Shown one piece after another: positions 1 through 10,238 of a stretch of 42,548 nucleotides of DNA. The DNA comes from an uncultured Verrucomicrobiales bacterium (GTDB lineage Bacteria > Pseudomonadota > Alphaproteobacteria > Paracaedibacterales > CAITNM01). The stretch lies in contig CAYGPH010000005.1 of assembly GCA_964351815.1 (NCBI GenBank), forward strand, positions 1-42,548, in the 5' to 3' direction. The stretch's first letter is position 1, and every line of letters begins with the position of its first letter. The position numbers and the translations under genes are program-made. Under the pieces are notes generated by a model. The model saw only the letters and a program-made list of their open reading frames with translations, ran no database searches and was not told the DNA's origin.

Positions 1-572
1 GGCAAACGGGATCTAACGCCTTTTTCAAAGATCAACGCGCTTCAAAAGTTGGTGATGTTCTAACAGCCGAAATATCTATTAATCGCAGCCAATCAACGGA
101 AATTTCACCTAACATTTCACGCAATAGCAGTTTAAATTCAACCGTGACAGAAATTATTGGCCACAAATTACCTTTGCAAAAGCGTATGGCAAGGGCACTA
201 CCTGGTAAACAAGAAAAAACCCCTGGTGTTATGGATAATTATTTAAACATGAACAGTAACCCATCCCATGCTGGTTCAGCAAAATACGATGTGAAAGATA
301 ACATGCAGTTCACCATATCAGTAATTGTTGAACAAATTTTGCCAAATGGAAACATGGTTGTTCATGGCCGCGATGAAATGCGATTAATGAATGAAATTCG
401 TGAAGTAGAGCTACGTGGTATTATTCGTCGCCAAGATATATCTTCCAAAAACACCATATCAGGCAGTAAAATTTCACAACTTCGTGTAACCTATGGTGGC
501 CGTGGAGACCTTACGGAATCGCAGGAACGCCCATATGGCCAGCAATATCTTGATAAAATTTTACCTTTTTAA
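1..572 (+). CDS. flgH: Flagellar basal-body L-ring protein FlgH (5'-truncated by window edge)
   Basis: The frame is open from position 3 (QTGSNAFFKDQRASKVGDVLT, the FlgH 'FxDxRAxxVGDxLT' motif) into ORF 144..572, which has LPNGNMVVHG, ELRGIIRRQDI and YGGRG..SQERPYGQQYLDKILPF typical of alphaproteobacterial FlgH. Confidence 0.93.
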   Translation, partial: QTGSNAFFKDQRASKVGDVLTAEISINRSQSTEISPNISRNSSLNSTVTEIIGHKLPLQKRMARALPGKQEKTPGVMDNYLNMNSNPSHAGSAKYDVKDNMQFTISVIVEQILPNGNMVVHGRDEMRLMNEIREVELRGIIRRQDISSKNTISGSKISQLRVTYGGRGDLTESQERPYGQQYLDKILPF

Positions 573-607
573 GATTAAACAAAAAATTTAATAAAAAATT
601 TACTAAT

Positions 608-622
608 TTAAATTTAAATTAA
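608..622. promoter_or_regulatory. Candidate CtrA box (TTAA-N7-TTAA) upstream of fliE-like gene
   Basis: TTAA atttaaa TTAA at 608-622, about 26 nt before ATG 649. Context is very AT-rich, so a chance match is possible. Confidence 0.3.
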
Positions 623-648
623 ATTATACTTTTATTTGTTTGAAATTT

Positions 649-969
649 ATGCCATCGATATTACCCACATCAATGCAAATACACGGACAATCAAATAAGG
701 TTGCCGAACAGTTAGTTAAGCACGCTCAGCAAAAAACCCAGCAAGGTGAACCAAATGATTTTTCAACCTTTATCAAAAATGATGCAAAAAATTTAATGAA
801 AACTGCCCAGCAATCAGAATCTATGTTGCACAATTATTTCCAAGGAATAGGTAGTCTTGAGGAAATTGCTCCAGTTATAAAACAGGTCATGACAGAAATT
901 GAAATTCGTTCAAAAATGGTATCTAGTTTTGCTGGCATCCTAAAAACCTTAACTTCTATGCAAATCTAA
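649..969 (+). CDS. fliE: Divergent flagellar hook-basal body protein FliE-like
   Basis: About 106 aa from ATG 649 (track starts at TTG 640). FliE-like layout: 'FSTFIK' helix, 'G..SLEEI', C-terminal helix ending in MQI. Follows flgH. Confidence 0.65.
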   Translation: MPSILPTSMQIHGQSNKVAEQLVKHAQQKTQQGEPNDFSTFIKNDAKNLMKTAQQSESMLHNYFQGIGSLEEIAPVIKQVMTEIEIRSKMVSSFAGILKTLTSMQI

Positions 970-1139
970 AAAATATACTAACTAAACTATTCCAGGTGTT
1001 CATGAAAAATTTTTGCTGTATTTCTGAAGAAACCGCTTGTAACGTTAAAATAGCAACTATTGTATATATAGAACTTATAGCTTTATGATTTTTAGCTAAC
1101 CTAACATTATTGTGCGCTAAGAGAAAAAATTTTAAACAC

Positions 1140-1171
1140 AAAAAAAACCAGCTTTGTAGCTGGTTTTTTTT
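1140..1171. terminator. Bidirectional rho-independent terminator between fliE and hppA
   Basis: A-tract-CCAGCT-ttgt-AGCTGG-T-tract perfect hairpin between convergent genes, 20 nt from the hppA stop. Confidence 0.85.
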
Positions 1172-1190
1172 ATCTCAATATGCACAATTT

Positions 1191-3272
1191 TTAGTGGGCT
1201 AAAATTCCCAGCAAAAGTAGGGCAACGATATTAATAATTTTAATCATAGGGTTGATTGCTGGACCAGCTGTATCCTTATAAGGATCGCCCACGGTATCAC
1301 CCGTTATTGATGCCATATGTGCTTCAGATCCTTTTCCACCATGGTGACCATCTTCTATGTACTTTTTCGCATTATCCCAAGCACCACCACCTGATGTCAT
1401 GGATATGGCAACAAAAACACCGGTTACAATAGTTCCCATTAACATGGCGCCTAAGCAGGAAAAAGCTGCTGTTTTTGTGGCCACCGCATTGATAACAAAA
1501 TATATCACCACCGGAGCAAGCACCGGAAGTATAGAAGGAACAATCATTTCCGTAATAGCCGAACGCGTAAGCATATCTACAGCAGCGCTATAATCTGGTT
1601 TTGCAGTACCTTCCATAATTCCTTTAATTTCACGGAACTGACGGCGTACTTCAACTACCACAGCGCTACCAGCACGACCAACGGCTTTCATGCACATTGA
1701 TGAAAAAAGGTAAGGCAACATACCACCAATTAGCAAACCAACCAAAACATAAGGATCTTCTAAGTCAAAACTTACACTTAATGATGGAAAATAGTACTTA
1801 AGATCTTGCGTATAAGTTGCAAAAAGCACTAAAGCCGCCAAACCAGCAGAACCAATTGCATAGCCTTTCGTAACGGCTTTTGTTGTGTTTCCAACGGCAT
1901 CTAGGGCATCGGTAATGGCACGAACACTTTTTGGCAATTCAGCCATTTCAGCAATACCACCAGCGTTATCTGTTACAGGACCGTAAGCATCTAGTGCTAC
2001 AATAACACCAGCTAAAGATAACATTGTTGTAGCTGCCACGGTAATACCAAAAATTCCTGCCTGCATGTACGCAACCAGAATACCAACACAAATAACCAGA
2101 ATTGGTAAGGCAGTTGCTTCCATTGATACGGCTAAACCTTGAATAATGTTTGTGGCATGGCCTGTTTCAGAAGCCTTAGCAACACTACGAACCGGACGAT
2201 ACGCGGTGGATGTGTAATATTCTGTAATCCAAACCAGTAGTCCAGTAACTAAAAGTCCAGTTAAACTGCAAATAAGTAGGCTGTTAACGTTAAAACTTAA
2301 GCCATTAATCACCATAGCTTCATCAATTGGCGCAAACATATGTGTTGTTACACCATAAATTAAAACACTTGAAACAACCGTTGCGGCGATTAAAGCTTTA
2401 TAAAGCGCTTTCATGATGTTTTTATCTTTACCAACTTTTGCAAAGAAAGTACCAATTATACTACCAATAATACAAACAGCGCCAATAACAAGCGGGTAGA
2501 GCATAAACATATTTTGCAAATCGCCAGTGAAATAAATTCCAGCAAGCACCATGCCAGCTACAATGGTAACCACATAAGTTTCGAAAAGGTCTGCCGCCAT
2601 ACCAGCACAATCACCAACGTTATCACCAACGTTATCAGCGATAACAGCGGGGTTACGAGGATCATCTTCTGGAATACCAGCTTCAATTTTACCAACTAAA
2701 TCGGCACCAACATCTGCTCCTTTGGTGAAAATACCGCCACCTAACCGGGCAAAAATAGATATTAAAGACGCACCAAAGCTTAAGGCAACCAATGCTTCCA
2801 TCATGATTCGGCTATCTACACCATCATTTTTTAAGTAGAAAAAGAATAGTGAAACACCTAATAAACCAAGGCCAACAACTAACATACCTGTAATGGCGCC
2901 TGATTTAAATGCAACATTTAATGCTTCTACTAACCCGTTACGTGCAGCTTGGGCCGTACGCACGTTTGCACGCACGGATACATACATGCCAATATAACCT
3001 GCTAAACCAGATAAAAAAGCGCCAAGCACAAAGCCTATAGCAACTAATGTTGACAAAAAGTAGGCTAATAATCCTGCTATAACCACTCCAACAACTGCAA
3101 TAGTGCCGTACTGGCGATTAAGGTAGGCATTAGCCCCTTCTTGAATCGCACTGGCAATTTCTTGCATGCGGTCTGTTCCAGCCGATTTTGAAAAAACACT
3201 GCTTGCGGCAAAAATGGCATAAACTATAGCCAAAACTCCGCTTCCAACAATAAGTAAGGTCGAAAACTCCAT
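1191..3272 (-). CDS. hppA: Membrane H+-translocating pyrophosphatase (K+-independent type)
   Basis: Motifs [69 protein letters not shown] (Lys) is the K+-independent signature. Confidence 0.97.
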   Translation of the reverse strand: MEFSTLLIVGSGVLAIVYAIFAASSVFSKSAGTDRMQEIASAIQEGANAYLNRQYGTIAVVGVVIAGLLAYFLSTLVAIGFVLGAFLSGLAGYIGMYVSVRANVRTAQAARNGLVEALNVAFKSGAITGMLVVGLGLLGVSLFFFYLKNDGVDSRIMMEALVALSFGASLISIFARLGGGIFTKGADVGADLVGKIEAGIPEDDPRNPAVIADNVGDNVGDCAGMAADLFETYVVTIVAGMVLAGIYFTGDLQNMFMLYPLVIGAVCIIGSIIGTFFAKVGKDKNIMKALYKALIAATVVSSVLIYGVTTHMFAPIDEAMVINGLSFNVNSLLICSLTGLLVTGLLVWITEYYTSTAYRPVRSVAKASETGHATNIIQGLAVSMEATALPILVICVGILVAYMQAGIFGITVAATTMLSLAGVIVALDAYGPVTDNAGGIAEMAELPKSVRAITDALDAVGNTTKAVTKGYAIGSAGLAALVLFATYTQDLKYYFPSLSVSFDLEDPYVLVGLLIGGMLPYLFSSMCMKAVGRAGSAVVVEVRRQFREIKGIMEGTAKPDYSAAVDMLTRSAITEMIVPSILPVLAPVVIYFVINAVATKTAAFSCLGAMLMGTIVTGVFVAISMTSGGGAWDNAKKYIEDGHHGGKGSEAHMASITGDTVGDPYKDTAGPAINPMIKIINIVALLLLGILAH

Positions 3273-3287
3273 ATTTTAAAATAACAC

Positions 3288-3327
3288 TTAACGATTTATT
3301 AACGCAGTATACTTAATTTTTTGTTAA
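3288..3327. promoter_or_regulatory. Two tandem candidate CtrA boxes in the hppA / orphan divergent intergenic region
   Basis: TTAA cgattta TTAAC (3288-3303, full consensus) and TTAA ttttttg TTAA (3313-3327). Confidence 0.45.
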
Positions 3328-3435
3328 GCGTCTAACTTATCCTTTATCTTTTTTTCATTACAATTAAAACTAAGGTTTGTATTAGACTTTAACTTGAACA
3401 GTAATTATGTGTTTAAGACTTTTATTGGGGGTAAA

Positions 3436-3819
3436 ATGTTATCAAAATTTTCTTTATTTTTTTCCTTGGTTATATTATCAACAACCTTTGTTCGTTTAGT
3501 CGCAAACTTTCCTGTGCAAAAATCATCATCTTTTGAAAGAACACGTTTAGAATTTGTTTCTGGTTCTGTTGTAGCAGAAAATACCCACAAGGATTTCACA
3601 CCCCAGCTAGAACAAGGTGCGGAAAAAGGCCGTTCTCTTTTTTCTTTTAACTCAAATGCACCTGAATTTTTCCCAGCGAGTGAGGCTGCAAAAATGAGCA
3701 GTGAGAAATTATACTCAGATACTCCTGTGAATACTCAACCTTATATTTCTAATAATACAACGGATCATAAGGATACTTTTACAGATAAATATAACACCTT
3801 AAAAAGCCTAGGCATTTAA
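3436..3819 (+). CDS. Hypothetical secreted protein with PAM2-like motif
   Basis: ATG 3436 is preceded by GGGGG (SD-like). Signal-peptide-like MLSKFSLFFSLVILSTTFVRLVA. Disordered-looking body containing SFNSNAPEFFPA. Confidence 0.65.
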   Translation: MLSKFSLFFSLVILSTTFVRLVANFPVQKSSSFERTRLEFVSGSVVAENTHKDFTPQLEQGAEKGRSLFSFNSNAPEFFPASEAAKMSSEKLYSDTPVNTQPYISNNTTDHKDTFTDKYNTLKSLGI

Positions 3820-4071
3820 AATGATCACCCCAAAGTATTCTATGAATCGCAAAAACATTGTAGATTATAGTAAGCGCTAAAACACAAAAAAACTTCCCAT
3901 GGTCCCAAAAAAAATTCCCCACATACCAAATAAGAATTTATGGAGCTATTCATGGGAGGATGCTGTTTGTGAATTTGTACAGAAATTGTTTTAACCACCT
4001 CAAAATTGCAGTAGGTTTTTTTCCTTACGAAACCTAGGTATTTATGGGTCTCTACATCAGGTGCTTTCTTG

Positions 4072-5322
4072 CTAATCTTTGAGCATATATAACTGATGAT
4101 GGGGGATGCGCAAATTTAAGCGCATATTATTATTTTCTTGTTCATGGCTAACAACAAAGCCTTTCTGCCAACACCACCCATATTGTGGATAGGTTTTTAC
4201 AGGTAAGGAGAGATTTAGGTGCACCCATTGTCGTTCAAGTTCTTTGAATAATCTCCTTTTTAGTTGTTTAAACCCCTGGCCTGTTTTTGCAGATATATAA
4301 ATGTTATCCCTATTGCCAATGATATTTGGCTGTTCATTTTCTTGCAATTGATCACATTTGTTAAATACGTTAATGATGCGGCTGTTATTGCGGTTTACCC
4401 CAATCCTATCAAGCACTGATAACACATGATCGGCGTGTAAATCCTTTTCTGGGTTGGTAATATCCTGCACGTGCAAAATAATATTAGCAAAACGAACTTC
4501 TTCTAAGGTACCAGAAAATGCAGCAATAAGTTCTGTTGGCAAATCTACGATAAAGCCAACCGTATCTGATAGAATTGCCCGATGAACATAGCAATTATTT
4601 TCAATGTCTATTTGTCTTAGGGTTGAATCTAGGGTTGCGAAAAGCTTGTTTTCAGCATAAACATTTGCATGAGAGAGTTTATTAAAAAGGGTTGATTTCC
4701 CTACGTTTGTATATCCAACCAGGGCAATAACATTTTCATCTTGGCGTTTCTTCCGGTGTTCAGTACGCATTTTTTTAATATTAGCTAAGCGCTTTTCCAA
4801 GGACTGGATTTTTTCCCTGATAATTCTGCGGTCAAGTTCAATTTGCTTTTCACCGGGGCCCGAAGCAAAGCCCCTGCCACCGCGTTGCCTTTCAAGGTGG
4901 GTCCAGGCCCTAACTAGCCGGCCCCTTTGATAATTAAAGGATGCAAGTTCCACTTGCATTTTACCTTCAGCAGTTGTCGCGCGTTTAGCAAAAATTTCTA
5001 AAATTAAGCCGGTTCTATCTATAACCTTTACTTTCAGCTTATTTTCTAAATTTCGCTGGTGTAATGGCGATAAACTTGCATTTATTACAACTAGTTTAAT
5101 GTTTTCGCTTTTTATAACCTCTGCCAAGTGATCTACTTGCCCAGACCCTAAATAAAGTGCGGGGTGAATTTTTTTAAGGGTTATGGTGTTTTTGTAAAGC
5201 ACTTCAAGGTCAATTGTATTTGCAAGCTCGTTTAATTCCTCAAGACCAGCATTACGATCGCGAATATCTTTTATGTGATGAATATTGATGATGGCAGATA
5301 AAAAAGGGTTGGGTTTGGTCAT
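4072..5322 (-). CDS. hflX: Ribosome-splitting GTPase HflX
   Basis: DRTGLILEIFAKRA, WTHLERQRGG..GPGEKQIELDRR, GYTNVGKST (G1), LFATLD, SDTVGF, NKCD, ISAKTG. Confidence 0.97.
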   Translation of the reverse strand: MTKPNPFLSAIINIHHIKDIRDRNAGLEELNELANTIDLEVLYKNTITLKKIHPALYLGSGQVDHLAEVIKSENIKLVVINASLSPLHQRNLENKLKVKVIDRTGLILEIFAKRATTAEGKMQVELASFNYQRGRLVRAWTHLERQRGGRGFASGPGEKQIELDRRIIREKIQSLEKRLANIKKMRTEHRKKRQDENVIALVGYTNVGKSTLFNKLSHANVYAENKLFATLDSTLRQIDIENNCYVHRAILSDTVGFIVDLPTELIAAFSGTLEEVRFANIILHVQDITNPEKDLHADHVLSVLDRIGVNRNNSRIINVFNKCDQLQENEQPNIIGNRDNIYISAKTGQGFKQLKRRLFKELERQWVHLNLSLPVKTYPQYGWCWQKGFVVSHEQENNNMRLNLRIPHHQLYMLKD

Positions 5323-5324
5323 AT

Positions 5325-6794
5325 TTATTTATGCAAGGCCGTTATAGCTATCGTTGAAAATATATCCAGAAAATATGATGGTTTAATCACGAGTAAAGCC
5401 ATTATTATTAACACGAAAAGTGTAACGGATAAAACTAAAAAATAATTTTTTCCTAAGGATAATGTTTCATTATCTTTTTTGTCATCATCGCTAAAGGCTA
5501 ATTTTTTTAATATATAAATGTAATATCCAGCACTTATAACCGATGAAATAACAATACACAGCGCCAAGAAAAATGATGAACGGTTAAATACAGCTTGCAA
5601 CATATAAACCTTTGCAAAGAAACCTGGTAATGGCGGAATACCAGCTAAGGAAAAAATAAACACAATAAAAGCTAAATATGGAATTGTGGGGATTTTTCTA
5701 AGTTTTTTAAGGTCGGACACATAGGTTATTTCAAAGTTCCATGTGTTTACCCATCCAAGGATCACTAAAATTCCAAAGGTTGTTAAAACGTATGTGAACA
5801 GATAAAAGAGAATTGCTTTTAAGCCTAAATCACCGCCAACGGTAAAACCAATAACTAAAATACCCATATTCATAACCGTACTATAGGCAAGTAAGCGGTA
5901 TATATTTTTTTGCTTTAACGCTGTAATACTGGCCCAAAACATTGTGATAATACCAAAGATTGCAAAAAGGTAACGCCAAAAGGTAAATAAACCATAAAAT
6001 GGATAACTTAAAAGCTGAATTAAAACGAAGGTAGTAATAATTTTTGGCATCGTATTAATAAATAGTATGGCTGCGTGCTGTTTTGTTTGGAAAATATCCG
6101 TGATCCAAGAATGAAAGGGAATTAAAGGCAGCTTAATGCATAGGGAAATCAGCACAAAAACCACGCCTATGATAGCACCAGCGTGGTCTAAATCGTAAAT
6201 GATAGAATCGAAGAAGTAAAAAAGTGAATTAAAAGAACAGGTTCCAGAAAAACCATAAATCAAGCTAATTCCAAAAAGCATAATCACGGAACTAATTGCG
6301 CCATAGGAAAAGAACCTTACACTTGCTTCTGCATTTAACAGACAATCCCTATCTTGTAAGGATAAAATATACTGGCACAAATGGGAAAGTTCTATACCTA
6401 TAAATAATATGAGCAAGTGGTTTGAAGTAACGGCAACAGCTCCACCTATGGTGCTTAAGGAAAATAGTACAAGCCATTCAAGTTTTTTTTGATAAGAGGT
6501 CACCAAAAAGCGGCTAAAAGGATAAAGCAATATTCCCGCCACCAGGTATATCAGCACACGTGCATAGGATGTGTAGTCGGACCCATAAAACATGCCATTC
6601 CAATGTACTTGTTGTGTCTTATCGTTAACCGCTATTAAAAAAGCTGCTAGAAAAAACAAGGCTACAAAGAAAATAGTTAAAGAATTTAAATTTTGGTCTT
6701 TTTTGAAAAGATAAAATATTAACGAAATACACGTGGTAAATGCCAGAAATATCTCTGTTAATGAAGTGATAGCAGAAAAAAAACTAGGAAGCAT
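5325..6794 (-). CDS. nuoN: NADH-quinone oxidoreductase subunit N (divergent)
   Basis: Multi-TM antiporter-like subunit with IKLPLIPFHSW, RLLAYS, FSLAGIPPLPGFFAK. Follows nuoM with overlapping stop/start. Confidence 0.9.
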   Translation of the reverse strand: MLPSFFSAITSLTEIFLAFTTCISLIFYLFKKDQNLNSLTIFFVALFFLAAFLIAVNDKTQQVHWNGMFYGSDYTSYARVLIYLVAGILLYPFSRFLVTSYQKKLEWLVLFSLSTIGGAVAVTSNHLLILFIGIELSHLCQYILSLQDRDCLLNAEASVRFFSYGAISSVIMLFGISLIYGFSGTCSFNSLFYFFDSIIYDLDHAGAIIGVVFVLISLCIKLPLIPFHSWITDIFQTKQHAAILFINTMPKIITTFVLIQLLSYPFYGLFTFWRYLFAIFGIITMFWASITALKQKNIYRLLAYSTVMNMGILVIGFTVGGDLGLKAILFYLFTYVLTTFGILVILGWVNTWNFEITYVSDLKKLRKIPTIPYLAFIVFIFSLAGIPPLPGFFAKVYMLQAVFNRSSFFLALCIVISSVISAGYYIYILKKLAFSDDDKKDNETLSLGKNYFLVLSVTLFVLIIMALLVIKPSYFLDIFSTIAITALHK

Positions 6795-8310
6795 TATAAG
6801 TCACAGTGTTGAAAGGTTTAATAGTATGGTTGTATTCACTTAGTACCGCACGTGAATGGCGACGAATAGGGCTTAATATAAAGTTTGGGTAAATACCAAT
6901 TCCAAAGCTTAATAACACAAAAAAATACAAACAAATCCTTTCAGGTAATGTTAGCGCAAGACTAATTTTTTGTTCATGGGAATTTATTGTGTTACTTATT
7001 GCATGTGAAACACTGCCAAAAAAAGCCTTTTTTACAAATCTTAACATATAACCAGCCGATAATATTACCCCTAAAACTGCAAAACATACAGCAATTGGGT
7101 AATTTTGGAACGCCCCTAAAAACACTAAAATTTCTCCGATAAAGCTTGCACTGAAAGGGAGTGCTATTGAAGCAAATACTAATGCACCAAAAAGAATTGT
7201 AAATTCTGGCATAATGCTAGCTATACCAGAAAGCTTTTGTAAATCACGTGTTTTAAAACGTTGGTAAATAATACCGATGGAAAAAAATAACCCTGCAGAA
7301 ACCACACCATGGCTTAACATAATAACGATGGCACCATTTAAACTATCATGGTTTACGGCAAAAATACCAATTATTGCTGTTCCCATATGTGCAATTGATG
7401 AATATGCGATAATTTTTTTTATATCATTTTGTCCCAAGGCTATAAAAGACGCCCATAGGGTTCCAACAACGCCTAATGTTAGTAGTATCGGAATGTATTC
7501 AATAGTTGCCTGGGGAAAAATAGGAATGTTAATACGTATGAAACCGTATAGGCCAAGTTTAAGAAGAACTCCAGCAAGAATCATAGATCCGCTAGTAGGT
7601 GCTTCTACGTGTGCATCAGGTAGCCATGTGTGAAAAGGGAAGAGTGGTACTTTTACGGCAAATGATGCAAAGAAACACCAGAACAGAAATTTTTGATTCT
7701 CTGTGTTTAAAACTAAATCCTTTAAATCAAAAAAACTAGACCCTTGCATCAGCGTATAAAGCTTTATGATACCCACTAACATTAAAACAGAACCGGCAAA
7801 GGTAAATAGGAAAAATTTCATCGCTGCATAATTGCGGTTTGGTCCACCCCATATACCAATAATAAAATACATAGGTATAAGCACACCCTCAAAAAAAAGG
7901 TAGAAAACAAATAGGTCGTTGGCTAAAAAACTTCCATTAATAAAGGTTTGCAGAAGAAAAAGTAATGAAAGAAAGTTCTTTTTTCCGTTTTCTATAGCTC
8001 TTGATGCGGAATATATAACAAAAAAGAATAAAATATTTGTAAGGCTAACCATTAGTAAGGATAAGTTATCCAAACCTAATTCAAAGGCAATGTTAAAGGC
8101 AGGTATCCAAGTGTAATTTTCAATAAATTGAAAATGTGGGTTATAATTATCAAACTGATACACGATAAAAATGTTTAGAATCAAGGTTATAGATCCTATA
8201 AATATTGCAAGAACTGTTACATTGTTTTTAAACTTTGATGAACTAACAGCACACAATAAAGAGCCTAATAAAGGTACAAATAAAAGCAGGGAAAGAACAG
8301 GAATATTCAT
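6784..8310 (-). CDS. nuoM: NADH-quinone oxidoreductase subunit M
   Basis: FYLFFEGVLIPMYFIIGIWGG, VKVPLFPFHTWLPDAHVEAPT, KKIIAYSSIAHMG, FIGEIL. Confidence 0.96.
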   Translation of the reverse strand: MNIPVLSLLLFVPLLGSLLCAVSSSKFKNNVTVLAIFIGSITLILNIFIVYQFDNYNPHFQFIENYTWIPAFNIAFELGLDNLSLLMVSLTNILFFFVIYSASRAIENGKKNFLSLLFLLQTFINGSFLANDLFVFYLFFEGVLIPMYFIIGIWGGPNRNYAAMKFFLFTFAGSVLMLVGIIKLYTLMQGSSFFDLKDLVLNTENQKFLFWCFFASFAVKVPLFPFHTWLPDAHVEAPTSGSMILAGVLLKLGLYGFIRINIPIFPQATIEYIPILLTLGVVGTLWASFIALGQNDIKKIIAYSSIAHMGTAIIGIFAVNHDSLNGAIVIMLSHGVVSAGLFFSIGIIYQRFKTRDLQKLSGIASIMPEFTILFGALVFASIALPFSASFIGEILVFLGAFQNYPIAVCFAVLGVILSAGYMLRFVKKAFFGSVSHAISNTINSHEQKISLALTLPERICLYFFVLLSFGIGIYPNFILSPIRRHSRAVLSEYNHTIKPFNTVTYNAS

Positions 8311-10238
8311 ACTTTGCCAAGATACCTTTTCATTATACTTACAACCTCTGGGAAAAATTGTATGATGATAAAACCAAAAAGGATACCAATTAAAGCCAAA
8401 ACTACCCAGATAAAATATTCTTGCATATTACCCGTATGAAAACGTTTCATTTTGTTTGAAAACTTCGAAGCAATTTTTGCTATCCCATCGGCGCCATATT
8501 TATCAATAACTTGGTGTTCACCATTAAAATATAATTTTTCACCAAAAGTTTCCATTTGCCTTGCAAAGCTATCATAGATTTTATCAAAGTATCCCTTGTT
8601 AAGGGAAAAACTGTAAAGTTTCGGTATTTTTTTTACAAGACAATCTACTTTTTTAAATTCTTTATCATAAAGCCAAACAACTAAAGCAGCGCCAATTGCT
8701 CCTGCGACTAACGGTAAGTACTTTATAAACCAAAGAACATGGTGCGGAACTTTATGAACAACTAAACTTGCCCAAACTTTTGAAGAAATTGGAAACTTTA
8801 CAAAAACTTCATAGCCATAGTATCCCGCAATAACAGAGCCAACGCATAAAAGAATTATTGGTATTTTCATTAATAAACCCGGGGCATGAATATGTGCTGC
8901 CACATGATCATTCGATCGAAACGTGCCAAAAAACACATAATATATTAATCGCCAACTGTACAATGCCGTTAACAGGGCAGCAAACACAAAGGTTGCCGCA
9001 AAAAAACCAGCACCATAAACTTGCGAATCAAAAATAGCTTCCATAATGAAATCTTTTGAATAATACCCAGCAAAAAGTGGTGCTCCAGTTAGGGATAGTG
9101 TTCCAATAAGCATGCAATAATAGCTAAATGGTTCAAGTTTTCTAAGGTTGCCCATTTTTGTAATGTCTTGTTCATTTGACATGGCATGGATTACAACGCC
9201 TGCACCTAAAAATAGCAACGCCTTAAAAAAAGCGTGGGTAAAGAGATGAAAGAAAGCAATAGTGTATGCACCGGCACCGCAGGCCATAAACATCATGCCA
9301 AGTTGACTACAAGTTGAATATGCAATTATTTTTTTAATATCATTTTGTGTAAGCCCAACTATTCCTGCAAAAATACATGTTATTGCACCAACGGAAATCG
9401 TTAGAAATTCAGCCATAGGTGAATGTACTATTAAAGTGCTAAAACGAATTAATAAATATACACCAGCAGTTACCATTGTTGCCGCATGCAATAAAGCAGA
9501 AACGGGTGTTGGCGCAGCCATTGCATCAGGTAACCATACATGCAATAGAATCTGCCCAGATTTTCCCATAGCACCTATCAGCAAAAGTATGCAGATACTA
9601 TCTATAATTGGTGAACTAACTATATATTGGCTATCGTGTATAATATCCAAAATGTTTAATGTATGAAAATGCATTAAAATTAGTGCCATGGCAATAATCA
9701 GGGCGGCGTCGCCAATGCGATTGATAACAAAAGCTTTCATGGATGAGTAAGCAGGAGATGCATTTTTATACCAAAATCCTATAAGTAAATACGATGCAAG
9801 GCCAACCCCTTCCCATCCACAAAACAACTGTAACAAGTTTGGAGCAGAAACCAAAAACAGCATCGCAAAAGTGAAGAAGTTTAGATAACAAAAGAATCGC
9901 ATCGCATCTTTTTCTTCTTTCATGTATTCCAACGAATAAAGGTGCACAAGTGCAGAAATAAACGTGATGATAAGTATCATACTTAGATTCAGGCCATCTA
10001 TAAACAATCCCCAGTTTTCATTTATAGTGTTTGACTTTATCCAAAGGAAAAAATTTATCGAAATACTTTCCTTGAACACAAAGGGAATTAAAAGCAAACT
10101 GCAAATAAACGCAAAAAAAATAGATGCTACTGAAATTCTCTTTTTAATATCTGATCCCGTATTTCTTTCAATAAGACAAAACAAACTGCTAGCGAGTGGT
10201 AAAAATATGCAAAGGCATGCTAGGAGATTTTGAGACAC
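8307..10238 (-). CDS. nuoL: NADH-quinone oxidoreductase subunit L
   Basis: GWEGVGLASYLLIGFW, NRIGD, HVWLPDAMAAPTPVSALLHAATMVTAGVY, HLFTHAFFKALLFL. GTG start. Confidence 0.96.
   Translation of the reverse strand: MSQNLLACLCIFLPLASSLFCLIERNTGSDIKKRISVASIFFAFICSLLLIPFVFKESISINFFLWIKSNTINENWGLFIDGLNLSMILIITFISALVHLYSLEYMKEEKDAMRFFCYLNFFTFAMLFLVSAPNLLQLFCGWEGVGLASYLLIGFWYKNASPAYSSMKAFVINRIGDAALIIAMALILMHFHTLNILDIIHDSQYIVSSPIIDSICILLLIGAMGKSGQILLHVWLPDAMAAPTPVSALLHAATMVTAGVYLLIRFSTLIVHSPMAEFLTISVGAITCIFAGIVGLTQNDIKKIIAYSTCSQLGMMFMACGAGAYTIAFFHLFTHAFFKALLFLGAGVVIHAMSNEQDITKMGNLRKLEPFSYYCMLIGTLSLTGAPLFAGYYSKDFIMEAIFDSQVYGAGFFAATFVFAALLTALYSWRLIYYVFFGTFRSNDHVAAHIHAPGLLMKIPIILLCVGSVIAGYYGYEVFVKFPISSKVWASLVVHKVPHHVLWFIKYLPLVAGAIGAALVVWLYDKEFKKVDCLVKKIPKLYSFSLNKGYFDKIYDSFARQMETFGEKLYFNGEHQVIDKYGADGIAKIASKFSNKMKRFHTGNMQEYFIWVVLALIGILFGFIIIQFFPEVVSIMKRYLGKV

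Noticed and set aside
956-1141. 61-aa minus-strand ORF between fliE and hppA
   Set aside because: TTG start inside the terminator tail, no motif, AT-rich spacer; probably spurious.
3820-4071. Short hydrophobic minus-strand frames downstream of hflX
   Set aside because: Under 40 codons, interrupted, no recognisable family.
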